DNA from: Hemiscyllium ocellatum
Taxonomy: Eukaryota
Direction: 5' to 3'
DNA: 64,000 nucleotides
Assembly: GCF_020745735.1 (NCBI RefSeq)
Contig: NW_026867490.1
Span: 434,001-498,000, forward strand
Within the stretch, counting starts at the first letter, position 1; the number at the start of each line of letters is the position of its first letter. This document shows, piece after piece, positions 24,221-38,165 of the stretch. The notes beneath the pieces are model-generated. The model was given only the letters and a program-made list of their open reading frames with translations. It was not told the origin of the DNA and did no database searches. A program made the translations under genes and the position numbers.

Positions 24221-26705
24221 AGAGTCATAGACATGCAGCACGGAAACAGACCCTTGAGTCCAACTCCTCCATGTCCAACATATTTCCGAACCGAATCTAG
24301 TCCCATTTGCCAGCACCTGCCTATATCGCTCTAAACCTTTCCTATTCATATACCCATCTAGATGACTTTTAAACATAGCAATTGCACAGGCCTTTACCAA
24401 TTCCTTTGGCAGCTCAATCCATACCTATATCACACTCTGTGTGAAAATGTTGCCCCTTTGATCTATTCTTTACCTTTCCCCTCTCACCCTAAACCTATGC
24501 CGTCTTGTTCGGACTCCCCAAACACAGGGAAAAGTCTTTGTCAATTTATCCATTCCATGCCCCTCACGATTTCACAAACCTGTATAAGGTTGTCCCTCAG
24601 CCTCCGATGATGCAGGGAGAATAGTCCTAGCCTATTCAACTTCTTCCTATGGTTCAAATCCTCCAACCCTGGCAACTTTCTTGGAAATCTTTCTGAACAC
24701 TTTCAAGTTTTACTTCATCTTTCCGATAAGAAGAACAGAATTGCACGCAATATCCCATCAGTAGCCTAACCAATGTGGCGTATCGCCACAACAAGACTTC
24801 CCAACTCCTACCTCCTGACCTATAAAAGAAGGCATACTCAACGCCTTCTTCATTATCCTAACTACCTGGGACTCACTTTCAAGGAGCTATGAACTTGCAC
24901 ACCAAGGTATTTTTTTCAGCAAACTTCCTAGAACCTGACTTTTAAATGTTTAAGTCCTGATAAGATTTGCTTTCCCAAAAAGCAGCACTTCACGTTTACT
25001 TAAATAAAACTCCATTTTCCATTTCTCAGCCAATTGGCCCATCTGAACAAGATACCGTTGTAATCTGAAGTAACTGTTTTTGTTGTCCACTGCACCTTCA
25101 ATTTTGGGGTGATCTGGAATCTTCTTAACTATGCCTGTCATTTTCACACTCAAATCATTTCTATAAATAATGAAAGGTAGTGGACCCATTGCCGATCCTT
25201 GTGGCACTCCACTGGTCATAGGCCTACAGTGTGAAAAACAGCCTACCACCATGACCATCTGTCATCTATCTTTGAGCCAGTACTACATCTAAATCGGTAG
25301 TTCTACGTTGTATTCGATGAGATCTAATCTTGCTAACTAATCTCCCATGGGCAACCTTGACGAACACTTTACCGAAGTCCACATAGGTCACAACTACCGC
25401 TCTGTCCTCATCAACACTCTTCGGTCTTTCTTAAAAGAAAGCTCAATCACGTTTATGAGACATGAATTTCCACGCACAACGCAATGTTAACTATCGCAGA
25501 TCAGTCCTTGCCTTTACAAATATATTTATATTATGGGTATCAGGATTCCCTCCAGTAACTTGCCCCACACTGTTGTCAAGCTCACTGGTCCATTGGTCCT
25601 TGGTTTGTCCTTACCACAGTTTATTAAACAGTGGTACCACGTTAGCCAACCTCTTCTGGCACCTCATCTGTCACTATTGATGATACAATTATCTCAGTAA
25701 GAGGTCCATCAATCACTTCCCTAACTTCCCACCGAGTTCTAGGGTACACCTGATAAGGTCCTGGAGATTTATCCAATTTTATGCGTTTAAGACAGCCAGC
25801 ATTTCCATCTTTGTAAGGTGAACATTTTTCAAGACGTCACCATCAATTTCACTACATTCTTTCTATTCCATGTCTTTTCCCACAGTAAATACCGATGCAA
25901 AATTCTCGTTTAGTGTCTCCCCCATCTCCTGCGGCTCCACGCTATTGCCACCTTCCTGATGTTTGAGGAACACTATTCTCTCCCTCGTTACACTTTTATC
26001 CTTAATGTATCTGTAAAAACCTTTTGGATTCTCCTTAACTGTATTTTCAAAAGGTATCTCATGTCCCCTTTTTGCTCTCCTGATGTCTGTTTTAAGTATA
26101 CTCCTACTGCCTTTATCCTCTAAGAATTTGCTCGATCTGTCGTGCCTGCACATGACATACGCTCCCTTCATTTTCTTAACCAACCCTTTACTTCTTTAGT
26201 CAGATAGCATTCCCTATACCTCAAAGCCCTTTTTTTTCACCTTAAGTGGAATATACCTTTACTGGACTCTCGTTATCTCATTTCTGAAGGCTTTTCATTT
26301 TTCAGCCGTCCCTTTATCAGTGAACATATGCCCCGAGTTAGCTTTTGAATATTCTTGCCTCATACCGTCAAAATTGGCCTTTCCACAATGTCGCAATTCA
26401 ACTTTTAGATCCGGTCTGTCTTTTTACATCACTAATATAAAAATAATGGAATTATAGTCGCTCGCCACTGACGCCTCAGTCACCTGCCCTGCCTTATTTT
26501 CCAAGAGTAGGTCAAGCTTTGCACCTTCTCTAGTAGGTATATTCATGTACTGAATCAGAAAATTTTCTTGAACACAATTTACATATTCGTCTCAGTCTAA
26601 ACCCTTAACACTATGGCAGTTCGACTCTATGTTAAGAAATTAAAAAAAAACGCCTACCATAGCCAGCCTATTATTCTTACAAATTGATCACTGAATGCAA
26701 ATGTG
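24221..26705 (-). mobile_element. CR1 LINE remnant in intron, copy 2
   Basis: RT motif TSGVPQGSAMGPLPFIIYRNDL (ORF 24950-25258) and KENPKGFYRYIK. Confidence 0.92.
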
Positions 26706-27507
26706 CAGACGCATCAAGTTACTGGGATCATAGATTCAAATCACTGTTAATTTCAAGACAAATTGATATCTAGTATCATGTAGGTATTCTTGAGCTTCAG
26801 GGACATAATGAAACCACAGCTGACGTCCTGCCCACTGCAGTGAGTTTTTCAGTTGGAAAATATTTGAAAGCATTTCATATAAGGAAACATTTAGCAGATT
26901 TACTCCTGGCTTGGCTAGACTGCACACAGAAGTTCCTTGTGATTATCAGCTGGAGAACTCAGTGTTACATTCCCAAAGTCAGAGAAATACAAATTGGCGC
27001 CTCATCTATGTCTGTTTCAGCATATGTCTTAACAAAGCAATTGCTGACATGCATAAAATGAGCGTTTTCACCGAATCTCATTCGAAGGAACCGTATGTGA
27101 TCCTGAATGAAGCGTAACCTGCGACCCTCCCAGCTTCCACATAATCGTTTTACTATTTCCCCACTGAAGGTTTTCTGCTATATTTTGCTGTTATCGTTCT
27201 CTAGTACACCTAAGTGATCAAGTGAAAGTTGACTGAATGATCAACGTGGCCAGGAAATGTCATTGTAGACATGATTCTCTGTTAATAATCCAACAGAATA
27301 TTTGCCATCCGATGTCATTAACAAGGACATGTTTCAGCTGGATTTGTATTTTAATTACAGTGACGTTTTCATTTCCTGAAAGCTCTAAAGGCCATTGAGT
27401 TATATGATTCAAGAGCATTCAATAAAGTGGTTAATTTTACTGGAAACTGGAATATAAATTATCCATTCGTCCATTTTATGAAACCTAAATAGTCTCTCCT
27501 ATTTCAG

Positions 27508-28400
27508 CGAATTTGGCTGTGATGGCGATCTTGCCTCGAAGGCAATGTGGTTTGTCTGGGTGTATGATACTTTACCCGGTGTCCATGGCGGTGGCTGACC
27601 TCCTGGTGCTGGTAACCTGTGTAATATTAAACCGTATATCTGGGATTTACTTTCCATACAGTTTTCTGTCCATTGCTCCAGTTTGCAGACTTCGTGCTGT
27701 CTTAAATTCCACCACTGTAGACAGCTCTGCTTGGTTTACTGTCGTTTTCACCTTTGATCGATTTGTGGTGATTTCTTGTCAGAAGCTGAAAAAAAAATAT
27801 TGCACCAGAATGGTCGCAGCATGGGTCATAGGGATCGTGTCTACGCTGTGTTGCGTAAAAAATGCATTTTTGTTTTATATATATGAACCTGTGTACACAA
27901 TTAATAACGTATCCTGCAACCTAAAATTGATATTTTATGAGTCACCTGTTTGGGCCGCATATGATTTACTTCGTAGCATTTTCAACCCTCTTCTTCCATT
28001 CGTCCTGATTTTACTGTTCAATGCTTTGATGATTAGATATATTCTTCTGACCAATGGAGCCCGAAGGAGACTCAGGGCGGATAGTCACACAGAGAATCAG
28101 AGAGACCCAGAGATGGAGAAGCGGAGAAAGTCCATCACTTTACTCTTTGCCATTTCAGGCAGTTTCCTTTTGTTGTATTTGTTATCTTTTACAACGATCC
28201 TCTATGTCCGAATTGTGAAAGTGACCTATTTTTCAGATTCACTTTTTAGCAAATCGACATTTATCCTTGAGGAGAATGCATTTATGCTTTTATTTTTGAG
28301 TTCATGCATCAATCCGTTTATTTATGCTGGAACCCAAAATAAATTCAGAGACGAATTAAAGAATGGGCTAAAATATCTGTTGCGACAATTTCTTAAATGA
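27508..28400 (+). CDS. GPR139-like GPCR copy 2, coding exon 2; spliced product 320 aa, open frame with a 6-nt deletion
   Basis: Acceptor ATTTCAG at 27507; FDRF and NPFIY retained; NNVS-CNL lacks WF. AATAAA at 28625-28630. Confidence 0.88.
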
Positions 28401-28893
28401 TTCAAAATTGGAAAATATGTGTATTCACTATAAATCATGTACAATGTTCCAGAAGTACAACGTAACAACACTGGGATTCTAAAGATGCAATGTAAACAGG
28501 CAGAACTTGTGGTATCATGGTTCCTGTACGTTTTATTCTCTTGTTTATTTTTATTTCACCAGCAAAAAGAACATGAGTCCTTTAATTGCAGGCACATTGA
28601 AAACTATGATGGCGACTGGTATGAAATAAATTGACACAATTTTTCTTGTAAAATTGACTGAAGCAATGTTTACTTTACTTAAGTGATGTTGATGGTCAAT
28701 CGTAAAAGCAATTCAGGTCTTGCCAATTGTGAGGGAGGTGGAGGCAGAGGACAATGCTTTATGAGCAGAAATATGAGAGAATGTACTGATGAATCAGAGA
28801 GGACCCGATGTGTGATATGAAGACATTGTCAATTTCAACGAAACTTATAGAAGAAATGCAGCACAATAGAATCTGAGACACAAATGGTTTTGG

Positions 28894-29189
28894 TTGAGAG
28901 CTCAGTAACTCACTGTAGAGTGAGTCAGCTTCTGACCCGCGATAGTTTAACTGGTGAAATTATTTACTCTCTGCAGCTTTAAACGTGTACCAACTAAAAT
29001 CCGCTTTATATTAGAGCCACTCGAATGTCTCCACAGAATAAGTTCAGGTTTTGAATATAGATGGTGTTGGTATCGCAATAAAAAATATTCAGTCCGGGCG
29101 GTGTCATAGGAACAACTTCAAATAATCGCTTCTCCTTCTGTCGAAACATCAGGTGACAGCAGCTGAGTGAGAATTCATCTCACTCAGAT
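28894..29189 (-). pseudogene. V-a pseudogene, copy 2
   Basis: Paralog of 6337-6631: LTQLLSPDVSTEGE...Y*AL, then CCAAAACC. Confidence 0.8.
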
Positions 29190-30959
29190 TTGAGAAAACA
29201 AGCATATTTGAGGAGAAAAGGTCAGAGCAATCGATATTTAAAAATCAGTTTCATATCATACCCAGAAGTTGAGAGAAATAATGGAAAGTGATTAGATAAA
29301 ATTAGCTATCAGAAATGCTCACTGCATAATGGAAACTCCAAGCAGCTGCATTGGCCTGGACGCTCTATGCAAGAGTGTCGAACTTTTGAAGTAACTGGTT
29401 CGACTCTATACTCTAAATAGTCTTCATTCATGTATCATCTCACTGTCTTGTGCTCCCAGAACGCAATGAAACTGGTCGGAACTTTGTTAGCTTGAATTGA
29501 TTGGAAGAATGTCGAAATGGTTTAAGACCAGCGATCACACAGGAAGGTTTTCTACTATTTTACTCGCGTGCACTGCTTTGAAACACATGCAGGAAGTGAA
29601 AAGTTATTATTTTATGCGACATGCATATCGCTGGTTTTCTTAGCATTTATTGTTCATCCCTAGTTTCTCTGGAATTCAGAGTGTCCAACTGCCTGAGCGC
29701 TGGTAGTAGTGAATCCCGTGATCTGCCCTCTAGATCATTTTAATTCGAAAGATTCCGTATTGTTTTTCACAAAGGTCAATATGCCTGTTGTAATATAAAG
29801 ATGGAATGTACTATTATTGAGCAAACAGATCTGAAGAACATATTACATTCTTACACTTAAAATACAATTTAAACTCTGTCTTCGACTGTACTTTAAGTTT
29901 CATCTGCTGTTTGTGTTCTAACTCCAATGAGCTGTACTTCTCCGTGCCTGTCAGCATAGATGTAATCATGTACAATCTTCAGATTCTGGATTTGCAGTGA
30001 GATAATACAAAGAAAGAAGTATTATTATTACCATTTTTACAATTACCATTCAATTATTCACAGTGCCAATCGACAGTTTGAGGACACAAATTTGCAACAA
30101 TTTCACTTGTCTGCAACTGGACCTGAAACCACTATGCCCTAGTATTTTACATATTCATCGAGATGGTTGTTCAATGTTGTGTTTGTTTCCAACTCCACCA
30201 CCATTCCAGGCAGTACATTCCAAATGTCGTCCACTTCCACATGATATTCTATTTCTCAGGTTGCCTCTGCGCTTCTTCGTCCTCATCTTTAACATATGCT
30301 TTCTGGTCTTCGACACGTATCCATGTGGAAATTAAAATCTCTCGAGCTTTTCTATCTCTTCCGCTGATTGTTGGACACACCTCAATCAGATTCTCTCAAA
30401 CCAAGTTGTGTTTGTTTAAACAGAAACATATACAACCCGAGGCTTTTCGTTACAGGCAACATCCTGCTTTGTATTGTCTTCAGTGCAATGGAGGTTTTCC
30501 CGTTGAGGGACGAACAGAATGATACGTGGTGTAGCATCTCTGGTTTAAGCAATGTTTTATGAGTTTGCAACAAAACTTTCTTGCCACTGCATTCAACGAC
30601 CCAACTAATGAAGGCAAACAGACCATTTGCCTTGTTCATCCCCCTCGCGATTGTTTTCTAATCTGTTCTGAAGTTGTAGGCGTGTACTGTTCCTTTAAGA
30701 GAGTTTGAAAGCTGGCAAGGACTTAACAAACAGAATATGCTGGCAAGTTTAAAAATGTAACGTCTGGAAATGAAACAAATAGTAGGAGCAGAGTTGCTAT
30801 GTTACACAACAAATTCGAATTTGAACAATCAGTATAAATTATGCCCCAAGATATCAATATCCGATCGAATTTTATTTTTAATGTTTTTACGACATCAAAC
30901 CAATGAGTTGATCCGATGCTTTGGTGTATGGAACTCGGACATATTGAACAGTTACATGA

Positions 30960-31261
30960 GCGACAAAGAACATCATACTGTCTGCAGACTGTCTCACTGA
31001 AAGTTAAATTGCCCGTAGTGAAGCTGTCTTGGAAGATATCATTTCACATGAAATCTGTGAAGAAGAAGACCCGAGAAAAGAAGGCAAGAAGGTACCAATG
31101 GAAAAGCGGCAGCTGGCTTGTTTCGAAATTTGATTTTTTGGAACATATTCGGGGATGGTTGTTACCAGATCATTATATTGTTACAGAATGGGAAGTAGAT
31201 ATCTCCTTTCAACAAAGGAGGCGTACAGTGTCGATAGAGGTTCTTTCATCCTCTTGTTTTT
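30960..31261 (-). pseudogene. V-b decayed V, copy 2
   Basis: Near-identical to 8400-8702. Confidence 0.45.
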
Positions 31262-31423
31262 CTAGATGTAAAACATTTTTTGTTTAAATATTAATTTTAT
31301 TGTTACTAATACTTTATTAGATTATGAGATGGGATGAGCTTTTCTGGGTGTTCAGTTCAATTTAGCAGAAGGATTTATCCCGAGTGGTAACAATTCATTC
31401 AAGGGATGAGGACACCACTGTCT

Positions 31424-31659
31424 AGATTAGCATTTAAGCAGTTAAGACTCAATCACATTGCTGTTCATCTGTAGTCACATGTAGGCGAAACCAGGTGACA
31501 GATTCATTCTCTGACGCATCTTGCTGAAACAGTTGAGCTTTTCCAACCATCAGCTCAAGTTCCACCATCTTCCATGGCAGAATTCGAACACGTGTCCCCA
31601 GAACCTGACCAGGGCCTCTGGATTATCAGTATAGCGAAAATAGTACTAGTTAATCTCCA
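31424..31659 (-). mobile_element. Deu-domain SINE, copy 2
   Basis: Near-identical to 8865-9100. Confidence 0.7.
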
Positions 31660-31824
31660 ACCAAAGTGCGACACTTGCTGACATCTTCAGGGATCTGTGG
31701 ACTTGTAGGCCTCCAGATCTTTTGCTCCTAATTGCTTCCTGACAAATATTGCGTGTATCCTTCTTTTATTAGCGTTCTGAAAAAGCATAACATCTCACCT
31801 GCCAGGAATAAACTCCACTCACCA

Positions 31825-32815
31825 TTATTCTCCCTAATTTGATAGCTCATCCATGTCAAACTTTGGTTATACCGCATCGTCCATAACATCATCACTTTCC
31901 GTGAATTTTGCAAACGTACTAATTATATCGTCTGCATTCAGATATAAGTCGTTTATGCACATAGCAAACAGCAAGGGCTGCAGCATGGACACTTGTGGTA
32001 TGTCACTGGTCACAGGCTTCAGATCACAAAAATAACGCTCCATCATGATCTTTTTCCTCCTATCTACAAAGTATTTTTAGGTCTTTGTCAAAAGATACAT
32101 TGAAGCTTTTTTTTTTCTTTTGGGCAAGCTTTTCACTTAGGAACCTTGTCAAAGATCTCAATGAAGTACATGTGAACAACTTTGATGTCGTCCCTCTACC
32201 AATACATTCATTAGCTTTTCAACACGAAACACATTTAAATTAAACAGACTCCACTTGCAGAAAACTGTGCACCTGAACCAAAACTTGCTTTTGTTTCGCT
32301 ACACTCGATCAGGCCCTCATTCACCATGAATAATCTAACCTGATTTGACTTTCCAAATTGCAGGACCTCACACTTATCTATAATCAACTCCACGTCCAAT
32401 TTCTCTGAACACTTGTCCAGCTGGTTAAAGGTCGTGCTGCAATTGCAGACAACTTTGCTCATATCTGCGTTATCTCCTCCTTTCGTGTCCTATGAAAACC
32501 TAGTAATCCTTCCTTCTGAATTTTCATGCGAAACATTGTTATAGATTGCAAACAACATTGGCTCCAGCGGCCTCCTCTGAGGGCGGACACTTGTCACAGG
32601 TTCCCAATCCTTCCGATATTATGCTCTGCTTCCGACCATGAAGCCAATTGTGTACTCAAGTTTGCAACTCCCTCCCATTCATGCAGTCGAACGTTCCAGA
32701 ACAGCCTACTATGTGGAACATTATCAGAGGCCTTACTCCCATACAATCGTCAATTCTGACTCTTCATAGTTAGCCGCTGCAATTCAAAATCCATGTATAT
32801 CTAACCACGCAGAAT
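31825..32815 (-). mobile_element. Old CR1 RT fragment, copy 2
   Basis: Near-identical to 9265-10255. Confidence 0.8.
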
Positions 32816-33295
32816 CTTGCAAAACATAGAAGCTACAATGAAATTCAGGTTGTCGGCTCAAAAGATTTTGCACCATATTCTACTTAATAAAATTGCAATA
32901 TTGTCATCACATTTGTCTCCACATGATGCTAGCCAAACCAGGCTCTCTTTTATTCCATTCATTCCAAATTTGAACAACTGCTTTTCACTATGAAAATGGA
33001 GTAGTTGCTTCTGGTCATCGGTGTGAGAACACCATCCGGTGTCCATCTCCGTGATTCAGAAGCTAGATGTTTACACTCGGTCTGCGGTGTCTCTGCATCA
33101 GTGTGTGAGCTCCAGAGCTCAAAAAACCATGGTGCTTTCAGTTTACCAGCCACACGATGCCTACAGTAAACACTTCGTTTCCTTTGTGCAAGTTAAAATA
33201 GATTCTGTCCTGCAATTCTGGAGACTTGAAAATATCCTTCATATATCTTCAGTAAATATCTCAGATTATCCGGGGATATTTCATGTCCCAGTCTA

Positions 33296-33645
33296 GGTTT
33301 CTGACAGCGTATCTTGTCAAGTTTCGGCAGTGCAGTTTAATATGCTAGCCGTTCGGATTCAGGTGGATATTTGGGCGCTGAAGGATTTCCACTCGTTCTT
33401 GTGCCACAAATACCAAATATTTCCATGTTTAGGGAATCTTATATCCTCACCTCGTCAGGATAAAAGGTATTACCGGCCCACAGCTATGTGTTTGATTCTG
33501 AAGTGCCATTCTGGCTTCAGGGACCGATGATAAATGTTGTTCAAATCCTTTTCTTTTAGTGACAAAGTGGTCGCAGACGCTGCAGTGTATTCCTGTGCGA
33601 CGAAGACGTATTGAGAGAAACAGTGGATATGGCCACAAGGGTCTT
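33296..33645 (+). pseudogene. V-c pseudogene, copy 2
   Basis: SGFRDR**...ADAAVYSCATK, then CGTATTG and ACAAGGGTC. Confidence 0.62.
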
Positions 33646-33858
33646 GCATCGTGTTTTGTGTCTGATTTCTGTTAAACATTCCCCAAAACAAGAAATTGAC
33701 GAAAACTAGTGAATTCACAATTCATGAACTCATTCCTCATTACTTGACAAAATCAGAGGACGATGATAAATTGTAGATAATTAAGTCAAATCAGACATTG
33801 TGCGCATGCAACATTAAAAGCATATTCATGGACTAAAGCGGAGGACTACTTTTGTTTG

Positions 33859-33875
33859 GATAGACAGATAAATAA

Positions 33876-33942
<67 letters not shown>
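33859..33942 (+). repeat. (GATA)n microsatellite
   Basis: Directly visible GATA array with a GACA/AATA-interrupted 5' end. Confidence 0.98.
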
Positions 33943-34709
33943 TTGTGCTTATTTCAAATTTGTGCAGCAGCACATAATTTCTGTATTATTATAATTGTAT
34001 GTTGAATTTGTTCAGATTTCATGCTGTTTTGCAGCTAATTCTTTTCATCATGAGACGTTTCCGAGAACACTTTATCAGGGAACTGTTGGACAGACAATTG
34101 ACTTTAAGACAAGGCTACTGCTACTTGACTTTGTATTCTGCTGTAGGAAATCCCTTTATTATTAGCTTACCTCCACAGTTATGGAAGGAAATCAATCAGT
34201 AATAGCATTGTCCATCTGGACGTACCTCCGAGTAATCGGAAAAATGGCCTGCGGCAGCAGCTTGGGTCTCTGATGATCAGTATTCAAAAGCATGAGGGCA
34301 ATTTTCCTTGCAGTTATAGGTCAATGCGACATTCTCTCCTTCCTCATTTTTTAAATCGGAAAAGAGGTGTTCCGCAATATCATGCTGGCTCCATTTTAAC
34401 ACATGGAAAACAGTTGAAAAAATGACAGCCTATATCTTTGCCACTATGTCTGTTATTCGACCAAGTATAACATTTGTATTGTAACAGTCTGTTTGTCTTT
34501 TTCTGAAACGAAAATATTTACTGAGAATAGGTACAAAGACGAGGGGCGGTTTGAGTCATCTCCAAATATCGATTTCTCACTTTGAACTTCTGCAATGCAG
34601 TTTATATTCTGTCAAACCATAAATGCAGATCACTGCCCAACTGCGTTGATGATTGAATCGATGGTAAGAATGCCGCATGGCAGTAATTTCTGTATGATAG
34701 AAATGAGAA

Positions 34710-34861
34710 ACAAAAGCAGAAATTGCTGGAAAACTTCAGCAGGTCTGGCAGCATCTATCGAGCAAAATCAGAGTTAATGGATCACTGCCGAACTGCTAAG
34801 TCTATTTTCTATCCATAAACAATGGCAAACCTGCTTAGCTGCCCAAGCAAATTCTGTTTTC
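34710..34861. repeat. Imperfect palindrome, copy 2
   Basis: Paralog of 12172-12323. Confidence 0.6.
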
Positions 34862-35204
34862 GTATACAAGGACGCTCTCCACTGCAGTTGGAACAGATAG
34901 AATAAAATAGTAACAATGTCGTCTCCGAACTGTGACCTACTGTTTAAACATGGAAGACATTACTTATCATGTTTCAATACTCTATATCTTCATGAATAGC
35001 CCCCGCGTGGATTAACGTTATCCCGATTCAAGTCTAACTGGGGAAATAAGATTTCCAAATATCACGTCCACTTCTGCCATCCTGGTTTAGATAATAATTA
35101 ATGGTACAGCTGGGACAGAGAAGCTGAATGAAGACATATTCTGTCGATCTGCTTCTTCACACATATGTATTATCAGTATTTACTCTTCTGTTTCGAGGAA
35201 CTGA

Positions 35205-35440
35205 GTCAAATGTGTGTTGCTGAGAAAGCACAGCCAATCAGGCAGCATATGAGGAGCAGATAATCGACGTTTTGGGCATAAGCCCTTTACTGGAAATGTA
35301 TGTCCCTTCATCAGGTGTCGGAATCACTTAGATATGTGTGACTAATGTTGAAAGGCTTATAGGGCTTTTATCCAAAACGTCGATTCTCCTCCTCCTCGGA
35401 TGTTTCCTGATCTGCTGTGCTCTGCAGTCCTCACCTTCTC
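35205..35440. mobile_element. Palindromic Penelope-like insert, copy 2
   Basis: Paralog of 12672-12907. Confidence 0.7.
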
Positions 35441-36518
35441 CTAATTCGAGGAGCTGGAAAGACATTCCTCTTATTTAAATAGAGATCTGACAAAATGTGT
35501 TTGATGACTGTCATATCGAAAATGAAAAACATACTGAAAGAATACATATTCTCCTGATGATTAGTGATCAAAGAAGCATTTTAATTTTAACTATCAGAAT
35601 TTTAAACTTGTCTTTGTCCTACAGGTTTTATTTTAAATTAAATTTACTATCACTCTGTATTGGAACTTTGATCTCACATATATCTGTGGCAAATGTTGAA
35701 AGACTGACAACTTTCGGAAAAATGAAATTCTTCCACATCTATCTCTTAATTGTAGCTGTGGGGAGCTCAGTTGTCACAGTGCAAATAAATTAATGTGAAC
35801 TTTCCAACCTGAAACCAACACGACATGAGTTTCTTTTTCCTTCAGGCTGCGGGTGTTCCAGACTGAAATAATCCAAGGTCCAGAATTCAGTTTAATTCCT
35901 GCCCTGGTCTCCATTCCTTTCACTGCTGCCAGTCTGGTGTGAGGAACCGATGAATAAATGAGCTGTGAGCTCTTGGATCACACCTGCTTAATCTGTCAGC
36001 AATGAGCCATCAGAGAGACTGGATATTATTCAACATTAACGGAATTCTTGAATTCAACAATTTCATTGTCAGTTTATTTTGTGTAATCCTGTATTCACAG
36101 CGTAGAATCATGACTTTTGCTTTCAATGCATTGTTTGCAAAGGCATCTGTCATAATTGAAACTAATGTTAAAATATACAGAATGTTTCACATAAAGGCAT
36201 TGCTAACGTTGTTTTAATTATGCATTCTATGCATTTCTACACTGTTGCGTTATCAGGTGATATTTGGTGCCATAGCTAGATGATGACATTTCTAAATTTC
36301 TGCAAGTCGTGTCCCTGCAGATTCTGTTTCTCAAGTGTTGGGTTCAGCAATGACATTTGAAGACTTTGCAAAGACCGTTAGTTAAAGACATTCGACCACT
36401 GCTGTTACTGTTTAAACTTTGCAAAAATGTCATCAGATTTGACATATAACATAGACGTAGTTCATCTTCTCTGCTATCTGCTAACTCCACTATGAGGGGA
36501 TATTCACGATCCTTTATA

Positions 36519-36824
36519 AGATTAGATTACTTACAGTGTGGAAACATGCCCTTCGGCACAACAAGTGCACACTGACACGCCGAAGCGCAAACCACCCATA
36601 ACCCTACATTTACCCCTTATCTAACATTATGGGCAATTTAGCATGGCCAATTCACCTGACCCGCACATCTTTGGATTGTGTGAGGAAACCGGAGCACCCA
36701 GAGGAAACTCACGCTGACACGGGGAGAATGTGCAAACTCCACCCAGTCAGTCGCCTGATTCGGGAATTGAACCCCAGTCTCAGGCGTTGTGAGACAGCAG
36801 TGCTAACCACTGTGCCACCGTGCC
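36519..36824 (-). mobile_element. HE1-type V-SINE, copy 2
   Basis: Same insertion site and sequence as 14003-14310. Confidence 0.92.
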
Positions 36825-37544
36825 GACTCTGTTGTGGTCTGACACCATGACATGTTAATGAGAGACGCAGGGGCAGAAATCGAATAATCTGAAAAGCTAA
36901 GCGACTGTGAAAAGAAATACATTGATTACTAGCACTAAGAAAGCAATTGCAAGAGGACAATGCCTCTACATGACTGCTTCTGTCAACTCAGAAAAAGATA
37001 AGAGTGATTTCAGGTGCAAATTAACTTCACAGTGAGGCATTGGCAGAGGAAATTGGGTGCAGTTATCAATTCTCCCTGAAAATGCACGTGAAATATTCGG
37101 TTTCTCCTGTTCATTGGTAATTATTCGTTTGTATGCCGCTAACATCAAGAGACACCAGAAAATTTTTGTCTGCTGCATCCCACATAGAAATTTCCCAGTC
37201 ACCACTTCACAAACTCAGTCTAACTTGTGATGGAGCATGAAAAATGAACCACTCAATCTAATTTCAACAACTGCATTCTTGCACGGAAACGACTTCTTTC
37301 AGATCATTAAACGGTAAGGCGAATTGTCCACTCAGTTTGACTTCAAGCTGAATCCCTGACCAGTTAAAGATCAAATTGGTTCAACATTTAGTGAGTCTGC
37401 ATATTGTCCCTTTAGTCAGTTAGTGGCGACCCAACTGTGTTTACGTATTATTTTCTGAACATGCGAGCGCACAATTGATGTCTCTCTTCTTTCACATAAA
37501 CGTTGACGTTGTCCTAACTCGTTCATCCTATCACATTAAACACG

Positions 37545-37564
37545 GGAAGTGACATCAAATAAAA
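37545..37564 (+). promoter_or_regulatory. Ets + decamer + TATA-like V promoter, copy 2
   Basis: GGAAGTGACATCAAATAAAA upstream of the ATG at 37653. Confidence 0.6.
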
Positions 37565-37652
37565 GACAGCTGGTGCTGTCAGCTTTGTGTTGACTGCTGT
37601 TGTTGTGATTTCTGAGGCACAGAAACATTTCTCACATTCCGGCGCAACAGTA

Positions 37653-38165
37653 ATGTGGCTCTCCATTGTCTTTCTGGTCTTGGTTACTTCCATTATTGGG
37701 AATAACTAAATTTTAAATCGCATTTATTTTCTCGAGGAATAAATTTGACAAATACCATACTTGCTTTTGGCAAGTATCGGAGCTGGATTGGAACACTTTT
37801 TGGTTTTAACATACACTTTTGCGATCAATCTTGAATGAGGAACAAAAGTACACGGAACACAATATAGAAGTGAGCTTTGCGAACGAAGCTATATTGAGAG
37901 ATTATAGCTGTCACAAAACAGCGTATAAGCTTCAGATCCTTTGGCCAATAATGAGAAGACTGACGGACAAATGGACTGAAGTATTTAGAATGAAGCAAAT
38001 ATGTTTGGCTTCGGACATGGAGAGGAATAGACCACTTGTGAAGAATTTCAGGTCTGTAAGTTTAAATGAGAAAATGCCCGTGGCACAGTCTCTGCAATGA
38101 GGATTTGAAGAGAAATATATTTAACTTCAGACCAGGCAGAAATATGTATGTCATTACGACATGAA
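37653..38165 (+). pseudogene. V-L pseudogene, copy 2
   Basis: Leader MWLSIVFLVLVTSII+G; decayed V exon as in copy 1. Confidence 0.55.
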
